Shown piece by piece: positions 1 through 10,212 of a stretch of 64,000 nt of DNA (the first letter of the stretch is position 1; every line of letters begins with the position of its first letter). Source of the stretch: Pseudomonadales bacterium (GTDB lineage Bacteria; Pseudomonadota; Gammaproteobacteria; Pseudomonadales; Azotimanducaceae); contig WLWP01000003.1 of the NCBI GenBank assembly GCA_012103505.1, positions 19,767 through 83,766 on the forward strand, in the 5' to 3' direction. Under the pieces are notes generated by a model that saw only the letters and a list, made by a program, of their open reading frames with translations, was not told the DNA's origin and did not search any database. The translations under genes were made by a program, and so were the position numbers.

Positions 1-2
1 TC

Positions 3-158
3 GAACATTTAAGAACATCCGGAATAGAGATTCATGGACTCATGATCGATACGACGGACAAATACAACCTATTCGATAGTTCTAGAACTATCACCCACAT
101 AAGTGAGCTTACTAGCGCGTACGTCGAACTCTTCGAACGCGTTCTGAAAGTCGCTTAA
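3..158 (+). CDS. 3' end of a CDS entering from the left edge; possibly a VWA/CobT-like C-terminus
   Basis: Frame 3 is open from the edge to TAA at 156-158 (EHLRTSGIEIHGLMI...LFDSSRTITHISELTSAYVELFERVLKVA); resembles VWA-domain C-termini. Confidence 0.45.
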   Translation, partial: EHLRTSGIEIHGLMIDTTDKYNLFDSSRTITHISELTSAYVELFERVLKVA

Positions 159-236
159 TCCACACTGTCCTCCGGGGCGACAGGCCCCAATCGAGGGGTC
201 CGTCGGTCTGATGGGCAACCCTTCAGGAGAATAGCT

Positions 237-890
237 ATGAAAACATGTTTTTTAGAGCAAATAGAGTTACCCGAACTAACCAACGATCAAATGGATGCAT
301 TCGCAGATTGGTTCTTCGTACGCTGCATGAAGCAGTTATTCGGAGCCCACTCTTCGATAGAGCTCAGATGGGATGTTTCCCACTGGGTATTCCACAATCC
401 ATTCGTGACAAAGAAGTTCGGCGGAACGAAAATTTGGACCTCCCTTCAACACTTGATTGATATCGCTTCTAAATACATTCCTCGTGATGATCTCATTGAT
501 ACAGCTTGTTTCTATGTCGATGAGCCACTTGCGGGAATACGAGCGGCATCTTTTTGCGTTGATAGCAACTTACGAGTTGTACCGTTTAGATTTTCCTTCG
601 AAGACATATGTTGCCGACTAGGAACCAGTCCAGACGAGATGCGCGATCAAATCCGCGCTCAAATGGGACATCAGGGTATCGAGACGCTTATTGATTTAGA
701 TCAAATGGCTGTCAGTTCAAAGAACCGACACAAAGCGCCTCAAGATGACCTGTTGGGATTCAACTACGCCGATCCCTCAATGTTTATACGTCCAGGAAGT
801 ATCGCTTCTTTCAAGAAGCTCATACCTGACGTAGATAACGCTGAGGTGTTTGCTGAGTTCCAGGATTCCTTGTTTAACACGGTTGCATAA
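237..890 (+). CDS. hypothetical protein
   Basis: 217-aa ORF with AGGAG RBS. Confidence 0.75.
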   Translation: MKTCFLEQIELPELTNDQMDAFADWFFVRCMKQLFGAHSSIELRWDVSHWVFHNPFVTKKFGGTKIWTSLQHLIDIASKYIPRDDLIDTACFYVDEPLAGIRAASFCVDSNLRVVPFRFSFEDICCRLGTSPDEMRDQIRAQMGHQGIETLIDLDQMAVSSKNRHKAPQDDLLGFNYADPSMFIRPGSIASFKKLIPDVDNAEVFAEFQDSLFNTVA

Positions 891-928
891 GTCACTCGAA
901 GGAGCTGACCAACGCAAAGGAGATATAG

Positions 929-1189
929 ATGAACGATTTTGAAAAAACAGTCGAAGCGCTGAACCATCGACAACGTATGGTTATCCTCGATCATACGATC
1001 GGAGAGTTAGCGATGTTGATTGAACGGCTCGATTATCGAATTAAGTGTCAAGACGAACGAATAGAGCGTCAAGATACCGAACTCAACAAACTGCGTCTTA
1101 GAACTAAGAAACTTGAGGAGTCACAGACCCCCTTGTTTTCTCAGCCTGAGCCTGATTTCACTTCTGCTAATACGGAATTGAATCATTGA
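929..1189 (+). CDS. hypothetical coiled-coil protein
   Basis: 86 aa, AAGGAG RBS, heptad-like charged sequence, followed by a terminator. Confidence 0.75.
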   Translation: MNDFEKTVEALNHRQRMVILDHTIGELAMLIERLDYRIKCQDERIERQDTELNKLRLRTKKLEESQTPLFSQPEPDFTSANTELNH

Positions 1190-1207
1190 CAGCGCAACCA
1201 ACCAACC

Positions 1208-1233
1208 AAGCCCCTCTTTAGGGGCTTTTTTTT
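1208..1233 (+). terminator. Rho-independent terminator
   Basis: AAGCCCCT-CTTT-AGGGGCTT stem followed by a T run. Confidence 0.85.
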
Positions 1234-1249
1234 GTGCTCCGTATTCTAT
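1234..1249 (+). promoter_or_regulatory. recurrent motif (putative extended -10 promoter) upstream of the relaxase
   Basis: GTGCTCCGTATTCTAT; in-frame ATGs at 1268 and 1277. Confidence 0.7.
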
Positions 1250-1267
1250 GACAGAGTAAATATACGG

Positions 1268-2941
1268 ATGCACACAATGAACCGACAAGGTCCTGGAGAG
1301 GTTGGTAAGACTCGGATAGATAAATCGTACGTGTATCCAATCTGGTCTGCTTGCGAAGTGGAACAACACATCCTTAGCCTTGAGGATGATCAAAGTCATG
1401 ATGACATCTATCGTAACTTTAGGCACTACCGTAAGGGGGTAGCCGAGCTTGTAGACGCTACGCTATATACCGCCTACGTCGTACCGATCATAGATATCGC
1501 CATGGAAAACATGCAAATGTTGCTTGGATCAAATAGGAACCACCACAACTATCCAGGCGGGTTGCTAATTCATTCGTATGAAGTCCTCTTTCACATGTTT
1601 ACCCAGGTGTTGGGAGAAGGGGGACGTTTACTACCGCCACAACCGGACCGACCCCCCGGTGTTTGTAGCGCAACTGAAATGAAAGGACAGGCCCTTGCCA
1701 TAATCGCGGCGCTGGTCTTCTTACATGACTGGAGGAAGATTAACTGCTGTGCGGTTTATCTTGGGCCCAAACCGTTCAGGCAAGGCAAATGGGAGCAGTC
1801 GTACCTTACAGATAGCAGATACATAAGCATGTACAAGCGGCGGGAAATGAGCCGAAAACCCTGGGGGAAATACTCTCTGTCGTACTATCGGTTCGAATAC
1901 CAAAATATGAGTCACGAGTTTAGTCCTCGTCAGGACATACTCGACTTCTTTTCCGCTGAGTCACTTCAGGATCAGTTTACTGATGAGTTGCGCAATATTA
2001 AGCCGCAAATACTCGATATGTTCACCGGAAACCCAGAAGCACCGGACGGATTCGACTCCTTCCGTCGTCAGATTATGGGCTGTTTGCGGGATGCTGATGC
2101 TCTCAGCGCGAAGAATTTCGGCGCAGAACACGATACGTGGGTAGAGAGATACATCGTCGTTTTTCAGCTGGCCAAAGAAAAGGTAGGGTCGCTTACCGAG
2201 GTCGGACTGACCAAGTGTACGGGCAACGTATTCATGACGTCTCAGGGTGCGGCTACGTTTTGCGAGATTATGAAAGATGAATTAGAAAGATACGACCTAA
2301 ACCCAAACCCTGAATCCTTTCTTGATAACTTTCCACCTTCTATGGTGAACCACAGTGGTTTAGAAGTTTACGGTAGACACACGAACGCGCTAGGAGAGAA
2401 AGGCCTCTATATCGTTAACTATGAAATCCAACGGCTCGCAGCGGACATTTTCAATCAACCAATCAACGCATCCAGTGACGGGAACGAGAATGCTGAACAG
2501 GCGACAAACAGTACTCGTAAAATAACCGGTGGCCGCAGCGAAATAACAGTAAATCCGTCGGGTGAACTATCCAAAGATCAGCCACACGATTTTACTAGCG
2601 CTCTCGACGAGTGCGATCAGTCAAATATTGGTGACACTTTGTTTTCTATATTGAAAAAAGTAGAAGAAAACAAGTTAGGTACCGTGCACGAAACAAACGA
2701 GAGAATTTTACTAACAAAGGTTCTTCTAGATACGACACTATTGGAAGGCACCGCATTGTCTTTCGATGACTTAGCATCCGCGAGAGATTATCCGGACGCA
2801 GACTGGGATATCAAAGAAACACCAAGCCTGGGTATCCTGCTATCCGAGTCATTCTCCTACAAACTAAAAGCCCACGGAAGTGGATGGAGGAAAAGATTCA
2901 TAGGCAGTGATCGCTCTGAAAGCGAAGATGGCAATGAATAG
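1268..2941 (+). CDS. traI: HD-domain conjugative relaxase, MOBH/TraI_2 type
   Basis: HHNYPGGLLIHSYEV and LHDWRK motifs plus DADALS; adjacent to the coupling protein; the TTG at 1232 overlaps the terminator/motif, so a later ATG is more likely. Confidence 0.8.
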   Translation: MHTMNRQGPGEVGKTRIDKSYVYPIWSACEVEQHILSLEDDQSHDDIYRNFRHYRKGVAELVDATLYTAYVVPIIDIAMENMQMLLGSNRNHHNYPGGLLIHSYEVLFHMFTQVLGEGGRLLPPQPDRPPGVCSATEMKGQALAIIAALVFLHDWRKINCCAVYLGPKPFRQGKWEQSYLTDSRYISMYKRREMSRKPWGKYSLSYYRFEYQNMSHEFSPRQDILDFFSAESLQDQFTDELRNIKPQILDMFTGNPEAPDGFDSFRRQIMGCLRDADALSAKNFGAEHDTWVERYIVVFQLAKEKVGSLTEVGLTKCTGNVFMTSQGAATFCEIMKDELERYDLNPNPESFLDNFPPSMVNHSGLEVYGRHTNALGEKGLYIVNYEIQRLAADIFNQPINASSDGNENAEQATNSTRKITGGRSEITVNPSGELSKDQPHDFTSALDECDQSNIGDTLFSILKKVEENKLGTVHETNERILLTKVLLDTTLLEGTALSFDDLASARDYPDADWDIKETPSLGILLSESFSYKLKAHGSGWRKRFIGSDRSESEDGNE

Positions 2942-5114
2942 CAGAAAACACTTCTATCGCGTTCCACTCGAAGGCGTTTCTTCTATTACATGGTTTCTTT
3001 GCGGCCTAACTCTCATTTGGCAATCAGAACAGGTCGAAGGAATGATCACTGTTGTTCGCTATTTGTCTATTCCGATGTTCGCCATGGGCCTCTATCGAGG
3101 ATGGGAGGTTGTGTCTTTGTGGTTATTCAGAACAAAACTAACTACTCCACTCCCTCCCCATACATCCATTTCCTCAATATTGAACATACAGAAAAAGAGT
3201 AGAAAGACGTTCTTGGGTAAAGGGTTCCTTTGGCAGCCCCATCACGCGAGGCTGTGTATCGATATTTTAACGCTCGAGGACATGAACGAAATCGAGCCAC
3301 CAACTCTCTTCAGAAAGCTATCTGGGATATTTGGAATAACTGAATCTTCGGTCCGCCTTGAGGGAAGCCACTACATCCACGGAGTAGGCGAATCTGAAGA
3401 TAACATTCTCATGCCTACCAAGCTCAGACGCTCTCACACCTTAGTGCTCGGGACCAACGGCTCGGGAAAGACGCGAATGTTGGAGTCGCTGATAGCACAA
3501 GATATATGCCGTGATCTCCTAACCGCCTCCGAAGACAAAAAACAACGCCGGTTAGCGAAGAAAAAAGGGATGACTGAACATCACTATGACGCTCTTCTTA
3601 GCACCCGTAACACATCCATCTTCATTCTTGACCCAAAGGGAGACCCGGACCTGCGAGATCGCGCGTTTTCCCTAGCAAAGGAACATGACAGGCCGTTCAA
3701 TTATTTTTGCCCACAAGACGCGCATTGTAGCGTTCGACTAAACCCGTTAGACGGATTTACGCGCACTACCGAGCTAGCCAATCGAGTATGTTCCCTGCTG
3801 CCCACAGGTGGTGACAACGATGCATTCAAGCAGTTTTCATGGACTGCTGTAACGAACATCATCGACGGCCTCGTGATGTCTCAGGAGAAAGTTACTCTAC
3901 TCAATCTAAGAAAGTATGTTGAGATTGGAGTCGATGAGCTGCTCTCGAACTGCATCGTTATACATTTAGAGAAGTATGCGAGATTTTACCCAGAATGGAG
4001 AACTTGGATCGATAAGGGAATTAAGACCTCAGTAAAAAATCGTGGTTTGGACAAAGAAACCGCTGAACGGGCTGCGAGCCTAGGTGCTACATATTTGTCC
4101 GAGGTAAAGAAACAACATCCAAGTAGGACTATTGACTCACTGCTTGATGTTCTGATGCACGACCGTGAGCATTATACGAAGTTGATAGCTGGTTTGCGGC
4201 CAATATTGATTCAACTCACCCAGGGTCCCATGGAATATTTGCTTTCGAAGCCCGAGAATCATGTCGACAATCGTACACCCACAACTTTCAAAAAAATGAT
4301 TTCGGAAGGTGGCATCTGCTATGTCAATCTCGAGGCGCTAGCAGACTCAGTTGTCGCCTCAGCGCTTGGCAGTCTCTTTATATCAGATCTAACTGCGTGC
4401 GCGGCTCAAAGACATCACGATGGTATTTCAGAACCAGGAGTCGCGATCTACGTAGACGAAGCTGCGGAGCTAATGAATGAACCCTTTATTCAAGCACTCA
4501 ATAAAGGGCGTGCAGCTGGTTTCGAATGCACCCTAGCGAGTCAAACAATTGCCGACTTCGAAGCAAGGATGGGAAGCAAAGCAAAAGCACTCCAGGTACT
4601 TGGAAACATCAATTCACTCATCGCCATGAGGGTTCAGGACGAAGCTTCAATCGACATGGTTGTTTCTAAGTTTTCAGAAACATCATACGAGGAAGAATCC
4701 ACTACACGATCAGCAACAACAATAAGTGCAATAGAACAGCGTGGACGCGACTATAGCGGTGCGGTAATGCGCGGCTCACAAACAAAAGACATCACATTGA
4801 TTAACGCGGATCTTCTTCAAAGCTTGCCGCCTGGTCACTTTTTCGCGCGTCTTCCAGACGGGAAGAAATACAAAGGGCGTGTTCTCTTAATGGAAGACGT
4901 CGCACCCGAACTGCGTTTTGATCCGTACAAAGACGGACATCAGAGTGTTCCAAATCCTCCAGCGGAAACCTCTGTTTCAGACTCGGACTCAGATCGGCCT
5001 GAAACAAACATTTCTCTAAATACGGGTTCTAGTGAACGGGAGAAAAAATTTTCAACCTTCGGTGGTATTCACTACGGGGCCGCTTCTATTAACCCATCAA
5101 GTCAGCAGTTGTAG
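2934..5114 (+). CDS. traD: type IV coupling protein, TraD family
   Basis: N-terminal TM segments, Walker A GTNGSGKT, DPKGD, Walker B YVDEAAE, NKGRAAG...QTIAD. Confidence 0.9.
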   Translation: MNSRKHFYRVPLEGVSSITWFLCGLTLIWQSEQVEGMITVVRYLSIPMFAMGLYRGWEVVSLWLFRTKLTTPLPPHTSISSILNIQKKSRKTFLGKGFLWQPHHARLCIDILTLEDMNEIEPPTLFRKLSGIFGITESSVRLEGSHYIHGVGESEDNILMPTKLRRSHTLVLGTNGSGKTRMLESLIAQDICRDLLTASEDKKQRRLAKKKGMTEHHYDALLSTRNTSIFILDPKGDPDLRDRAFSLAKEHDRPFNYFCPQDAHCSVRLNPLDGFTRTTELANRVCSLLPTGGDNDAFKQFSWTAVTNIIDGLVMSQEKVTLLNLRKYVEIGVDELLSNCIVIHLEKYARFYPEWRTWIDKGIKTSVKNRGLDKETAERAASLGATYLSEVKKQHPSRTIDSLLDVLMHDREHYTKLIAGLRPILIQLTQGPMEYLLSKPENHVDNRTPTTFKKMISEGGICYVNLEALADSVVASALGSLFISDLTACAAQRHHDGISEPGVAIYVDEAAELMNEPFIQALNKGRAAGFECTLASQTIADFEARMGSKAKALQVLGNINSLIAMRVQDEASIDMVVSKFSETSYEEESTTRSATTISAIEQRGRDYSGAVMRGSQTKDITLINADLLQSLPPGHFFARLPDGKKYKGRVLLMEDVAPELRFDPYKDGHQSVPNPPAETSVSDSDSDRPETNISLNTGSSEREKKFSTFGGIHYGAASINPSSQQL

Positions 5115-5152
5115 TGGGCACCTTATTCAAATACGCAGGATGTGACGGTCAA

Positions 5153-5177
5153 AATGTGGTGACAGTGGCACCACATT
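5153..5177. repeat. perfect 9-bp inverted repeat
   Basis: AATGTGGTG-ACAGTGG-CACCACATT. Confidence 0.7.
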
Positions 5178-5227
5178 CGAAGGTGAATGCGTACACAAGA
5201 TTCTACTTTTTGGGTCTCCATACGAGG

Positions 5228-5384
5228 CTAACTTTTTCACGTAGGGGCGTCTGTAGAAGCCTAACGTTTTCACGTGTGGATATTTACGCGAAAGCACGCG
5301 TGCGTAGGAGGCTATCATTTTCACGTAAGAGGTTCATAGAGTCCTATCGTTTTCACGTTCTCTATCGAGCTATCTTTTTCCCAG
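5228..5384 (+). repeat. five 15-bp direct repeats CTAWCNTTTTCACGT
   Basis: Copies start at 5228, 5261, 5312, 5344 and a degenerate one at 5370. Confidence 0.85.
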
Positions 5385-5420
5385 ACTATTACGAAACCTA
5401 TAAAAATGAGGTAAGACAAT

Positions 5421-6086
5421 ATGGCGCCCATCCCAAAAATTGAAAAGGAAAATCTAATTCGGCTCGCAGGAACCAAATGTTCCAGAAGGACAAAAATCTA
5501 TTTGGAAGAGGTGCTTCCTCAAATTCACAAGGTAGAGAAGCGGCACGAGGAAGTTAAGAACTGGTTAGAGAGAGCATTCAAAACTGCCGAAGAGGAAACC
5601 AATGAACACTCGCAAGAATTACCGCTCTTTCCATTCGTAAAAACGGTAAGAATACAAAGAAAGGTAGATGGTTTTGATTCGATCGACTGGGAAAAGGCGG
5701 GCTACATTTACCCCCGTTGGGGGCGTTGGATTGGTGGCGAAAAAACGAATATGGAGTTTCATACCTACTCTCCAGGAACCAAGAGGCGAACATATGAAAC
5801 TCCTGAAGCTGGCGTCACAGAGAAGGAAATCATGGAAAGCATCACCTACAGCGATACCTACATGAAGATGATGGTCAACGATTGTGCCAATAGACGAACA
5901 CCTAATTGGCAATCAAAGATCTATATCGCAGCTGAAGCCATGCTTCTGCCAGTTCGTTACTACGCAGCAAAAGCGATAAATCCGTTCATGATAGAGCTAT
6001 CAACGAAATACGTTCCAGATTGGCACACCAGATTCGATCCTGATAACCCAGATGATATATCTGAAATAATCGGCAGGAACGGATGA
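5421..6086 (+). CDS. hypothetical protein
   Basis: 221 aa, GAGG RBS, ATGA overlap with the helicase gene. Confidence 0.75.
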   Translation: MAPIPKIEKENLIRLAGTKCSRRTKIYLEEVLPQIHKVEKRHEEVKNWLERAFKTAEEETNEHSQELPLFPFVKTVRIQRKVDGFDSIDWEKAGYIYPRWGRWIGGEKTNMEFHTYSPGTKRRTYETPEAGVTEKEIMESITYSDTYMKMMVNDCANRRTPNWQSKIYIAAEAMLLPVRYYAAKAINPFMIELSTKYVPDWHTRFDPDNPDDISEIIGRNG

Positions 6087-7777
6087 AAGAAGATGTCCCA
6101 AACCCGGCCCAGCACGATGCAGTACACCATTCGGGGCATACGTTAGTAATAGCGTGTCCTGGATCAGGAAAAACGCGGGTTCTTGTTGAACGCGCGATCA
6201 ACCTACACGACGCTACCCCGCTAAATCATGTTCAGCTAGTCACGTTCACGCGAGAGGCTGCTATTGAGATAAACGAAAGACTAAGAAAGAAAATAGGACA
6301 ATCCTGCCGATACAACGTATCTACATTTCATGCTATCGCCCTCAAGCAGCTGAAGGGCACGGCTAGTGTGAAGAAGGTAATTGGCGAATACGAGCGACAG
6401 GCGTTAATGGAAAGAGCAATGGAACATTGTATCTCCCCTGACGCGGACATTGAGGCATTCAAGGTGTTTCTCTAACACTACCCCGAAGCTAACCCAGCAA
6501 CCCGCCATATTTACGAATCTGGATACGAGGCTTACCTACAGGAATTGCTAAAACACGAAGCTACGGATCTGAATCAAATAATGCCCCGAGCTGTTAAGGC
6601 TCTAGTAAACGGTGAGCTCGAACCGATTCCCAGCACACACATCCTGGTCGATGAGTTTCAAGACATCGACAAAATCCAACTAGATTGGGTCCTCTACCAC
6701 AAACGCAGAGGGGTAGAAATTACTGCTGTCGGAGACGATGACCAATCGATCTATAAGTTTCGGGACGCTTTGGGATACACCGCTTTCAAGCTACTGCATA
6801 ACGCTATCTATCCGAAAGTAATCTATTTGGACACCAATTATCGATGTGCAAAGAAAATACTTGCTACGTCGAATGCACTCATAACGGCAAACACGGGGCG
6901 TATTCAAAAGAACATTACACCAATTCAATCCGGGGGCAGTGTCGCCACCGTTGAAGCGTGGACACAAGAAGATGAGATCGATGCGATTGTTAAATACCAA
7001 TCACGAACAAAAACAGAGTTGGCCGTAATTGCCCGAACCCATGGACTTTTAGAAAGAATAGCGTACGAATTCGAAGTCAACGATATTTCATTCAATAGAC
7101 CCGGAGGGAAGGATTTCTGGGACCTGCCGCTCCCCGCTTTGCTCTCCTCGCTCCTGCAACGAACGAAGGTCGATGGGCTTGTTGAGGTCACGCTTGAGAG
7201 CACCGCTAGTACGCCAGACTTTACAGAACTCGATGCCATTCTACGTGCCGGCGAGGCGAACATTGATCGGAAAATACAACGTACAACAGATTGGATCGAG
7301 CGTGTGGTCCTTCCAGGTTACGAGGAGAAGTGGCATTCGGATACTTTACGGCGAGCATCTAGCAGTCTCCTAGGATTCACAGGCTCAGTACTGAGACGAC
7401 TAGCCGGACTCAAAAAGAGAAAAAAGAACGCCGAATCAAAGCTCACGCTGCTCACTATGCATAGCGCGAAAGGTCTGGAATTTGAAAACGTTTGGGTATT
7501 CGGATGTAACGATGGGCGGGTGCCACTAATTCCCAAAGGTAAAACGATTGATGCCGAAGAAATCGAAGAAGAAAGGAGACTCCTGTACGTCGCTATGACA
7601 CGCGCTAGGAAGGAGCTGACGCTATCGTTCTCATGGAATCGGGGCATTAGGAAACCAGAGTTACGCATACTTCAGCGTCTTTATCCCAGCCGGTTCCTCA
7701 CTGATGAGCTTGGAATCGCACAGGCGAGGCCAACACCACCGGAGCAATATAGAGAATACCGTTACTGGAAGGGGTAG
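6083..7777 (+). pseudogene. UvrD/Rep (SF1A) helicase interrupted by an in-frame TAA at 6473-6475
   Basis: ACPGSGKT and TFH before the stop; DEFQD, VGDDDQSIY, NYRC, TMHSAKGLEF, EERRLLYVAMTRA after it; both ORFs share one frame. Confidence 0.85.
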
Positions 7778-7790
7778 TCCTCCACCATCC

Positions 7791-8354
7791 TTACCAGCTT
7801 GATGCATCCCGCCATACTTTTAATCTATCTCTGACAATCCTCACCCAAAACCAATACCTAATCAGGGATTCTTGATCATTGCCAAATTCCATAGACTTGG
7901 ACTCACTCATGACTCCATCGAAAGTGTTTTGAGCGAAATCTGGAAAAGTATTTAGTTCCGGTCGAATAAAATTCTCGTATCTCCACAACCATCCAGGTTC
8001 CTTCTCGAGCACATCACGCTTTTCCATAAAGCTGCGACGTATTGCGCCGGCTTTCTTAAACCGGTAAAACCCTTGGAAAATTCTAAACGCACATAGGGCC
8101 GCACCAAATCCGATAAGAGCAATTAGGCTTGTATCAGAGCCAACGTTGAACGCGAAGACAGCACCCATCCCTATCAAACCTATAATCCCCGACCAGAACT
8201 CAGATGCTCCAGCCTTGTCCCACGCATCACCGCTATATAGGCGCTCATAGTCTTCATCGAGATCCCATTCTGACGAGTTAAGGGTTTCGATAAAATCCAA
8301 CCATTTAACAGTGGCATCCCGCTCTAACTCGAAGTATGTAGTTACATTTTCCAT
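7791..8354 (-). CDS. hypothetical membrane protein (2 TM)
   Basis: 187-aa ORF with two hydrophobic segments. Confidence 0.7.
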   Translation of the reverse strand: MENVTTYFELERDATVKWLDFIETLNSSEWDLDEDYERLYSGDAWDKAGASEFWSGIIGLIGMGAVFAFNVGSDTSLIALIGFGAALCAFRIFQGFYRFKKAGAIRRSFMEKRDVLEKEPGWLWRYENFIRPELNTFPDFAQNTFDGVMSESKSMEFGNDQESLIRYWFWVRIVRDRLKVWRDASSW

Positions 8355-8472
8355 GCATCTACTCTAGATGCATCTGCGCGCTCTGTCGATGAAACCCATC
8401 ACAACGTAGTTGAGCCTATTTCTAACCACACGTACTCTTCATGGCTACAGCAGCAGTCGATAACCCACATAA

Positions 8473-8820
8473 GTGATCAGAAAATTGACGATAGCCAACA
8501 GAGAACACGATGACATCAACTCTCTCCTTCTACGCGACCCAGAGACGTACCAGCTGCTGTCCTCGCTACAAGATAAGATGTTGTGGGAGTTTAGCGCTCA
8601 ACAGCAAGTTAAGATCCTTAAGGCTGCTCACCTTATATGGAGACCATTCGAGATAATTTATCTAGATAGTTCTAACTACAACAAATCAAATCCCTCAGAT
8701 GAAATGTTGAATGCAGCACGGCTCTTAGCCATTGGCGCATGGTCGGGCGTACTACAGAAATTGTGGGCAGAAGGTAGACTAGACACTCAGTTTTGCGCGC
8801 ACCTGATAAGCATCGCATGA
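8473..8820 (+). CDS. hypothetical protein
   Basis: 115-aa ORF. Confidence 0.5.
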   Translation: MIRKLTIANREHDDINSLLLRDPETYQLLSSLQDKMLWEFSAQQQVKILKAAHLIWRPFEIIYLDSSNYNKSNPSDEMLNAARLLAIGAWSGVLQKLWAEGRLDTQFCAHLISIA

Positions 8821-8942
8821 AAGGCTAAAACAGAGATTGAGCTGCGGCGCTAGACGATAACTTCATTACTAGAGTAGCATCCACAACAACGCAAAACACG
8901 CCTACAAGTGGGTTAAGATAGCTAGGCGGAGCTTTTCAACTC

Positions 8943-9275
8943 TTACACTACGTTTGAGCATCCATTTTGTATAGCGCAGGTATCTCTGCATAGGTTTGTC
9001 GAGAGTGCGTTAATTAGCGTCGCGACCGGTAGATAAAGATCGCTGCCTTTAAACGATGCGAGAATTGGATCAAGATCCCTCTCCAAGCAAGCCGTAAATG
9101 CTGGATCAGCTTTCATCAGAGAGTCTCTAATCCACTCCTGAGTCGCTGGTGGATGCCCTGAAACTCGGACATCTGAATCCTTCTTCTTGTTCGCGAGGGT
9201 TAGCAATGTAGCGAGAGAAGCGTGCTCCTGTTTGATAAACAGCCAGAGTTGTCGCTTCAAGTTGTCGTTCTTCAT
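8943..9275 (-). CDS. hypothetical protein
   Basis: 110-aa ORF, AAGGG RBS-like. Confidence 0.55.
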   Translation of the reverse strand: MKNDNLKRQLWLFIKQEHASLATLLTLANKKKDSDVRVSGHPPATQEWIRDSLMKADPAFTACLERDLDPILASFKGSDLYLPVATLINALSTNLCRDTCAIQNGCSNVV

Positions 9276-9432
9276 ACCAGCACCCTTAGGCTCGTACTTT
9301 CAAGATAGGGCAAGTTGTAACTTGGACAAGTCTAAAAACGAGCCTAACCACAAGAGGGTGCTCAGAACGCCAGCCCACAAATACCTAACATTTATTGTCT
9401 TCAATCTACACAAAGGAGAATAAACAGCACAT

Positions 9433-9448
9433 GTGCTCCGTATTCTAT
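9433..9448 (+). promoter_or_regulatory. recurrent motif (putative promoter)
   Basis: GTGCTCCGTATTCTAT, 26 nt before ATG 9474. Confidence 0.7.
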
Positions 9449-9473
9449 AGATGTCAGACAAAAGGAACTTACG

Positions 9474-9758
9474 ATGCGTGGACTAAACGAGTTACTACCC
9501 GGGGTCGATGGAACAGCCGAAACACTCTCTCCTTACACGATCGAACGATTACGTGCAAAAGTCACCAAACGAAAAGTGTTGTGCGCGGCCGAGATCAACC
9601 TAGTAGCTACCCTGGTTAAGGACGCTTACGCCAATGCTCCCTCACCAATCAACACCTTTCTTTTCGCGGATCTACTTCGTTCGATCGCGGCGCTCTGTTG
9701 TTTGTATGAGGAGGTTGCGCCGACGATCCTAGCCATTTCGCGGGTCTATTGTTTTTGA
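9474..9758 (+). CDS. hypothetical protein
   Basis: 94 aa, AAGGA RBS, preceded by the motif. Confidence 0.6.
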   Translation: MRGLNELLPGVDGTAETLSPYTIERLRAKVTKRKVLCAAEINLVATLVKDAYANAPSPINTFLFADLLRSIAALCCLYEEVAPTILAISRVYCF

Positions 9759-10210
9759 TACTTACGGACATCCCGAAAATCGTTCACGCACAGGTCTATC
9801 CTCGACTGGAACCTTACATTCCATCTCTATTCAAGCTCGCGCGATATAGCTTTGGGCAACAACAGATAAAGAATCAACGCCCGGCTCGGCGTGTCGAATA
9901 TCTACAAAAAGGGCATCTTCGCGCTCATTCGACATGTTTGAGTTTGAGATGGAGTGCCTCGCAGTTCTACATCAAACTGGCTTATCGTAACAATTCAATT
10001 GCTATCACTCCGGCGTTCGACGAGTTCATCAGGATGTACCGACAAACGCTCAACGGGGTAACCCTAAGGAAGATTGAAACAGCTGGAGCTACCCTCGAAT
10101 TGACTGACCAAGAACAAGGAGATATGGAACATCTATTCAACGAAATCAAAAATGATCCGAAGCTTACTGCAGCGATCGAACAAGCCACGCTACAGTATGG
10201 TGATATCTAA
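9749..10210 (+). CDS. hypothetical protein
   Basis: 153-aa ORF overlapping the previous one; TTG start without a clear RBS, so the two could be one frameshifted gene. Confidence 0.55.
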   Translation: MFLILTDIPKIVHAQVYPRLEPYIPSLFKLARYSFGQQQIKNQRPARRVEYLQKGHLRAHSTCLSLRWSASQFYIKLAYRNNSIAITPAFDEFIRMYRQTLNGVTLRKIETAGATLELTDQEQGDMEHLFNEIKNDPKLTAAIEQATLQYGDI

Positions 10211-10212
10211 CA

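Noticed and set aside
5116-5131. Additional motif copies at 5116(+), 15485(-) and 28943(-)
   Set aside because: They lack the final T of the hexamer, have three or more mismatches, or lie inside an ORF without a suitably spaced start; not counted
5228-5384. Mini-CRISPR, or the 109-aa ORF 5114-5443 as a real gene
   Set aside because: Repeats are only 15 bp with irregular 11-36 bp gaps; the recurring FSR/FHV in the ORF simply reflects the DNA repeats
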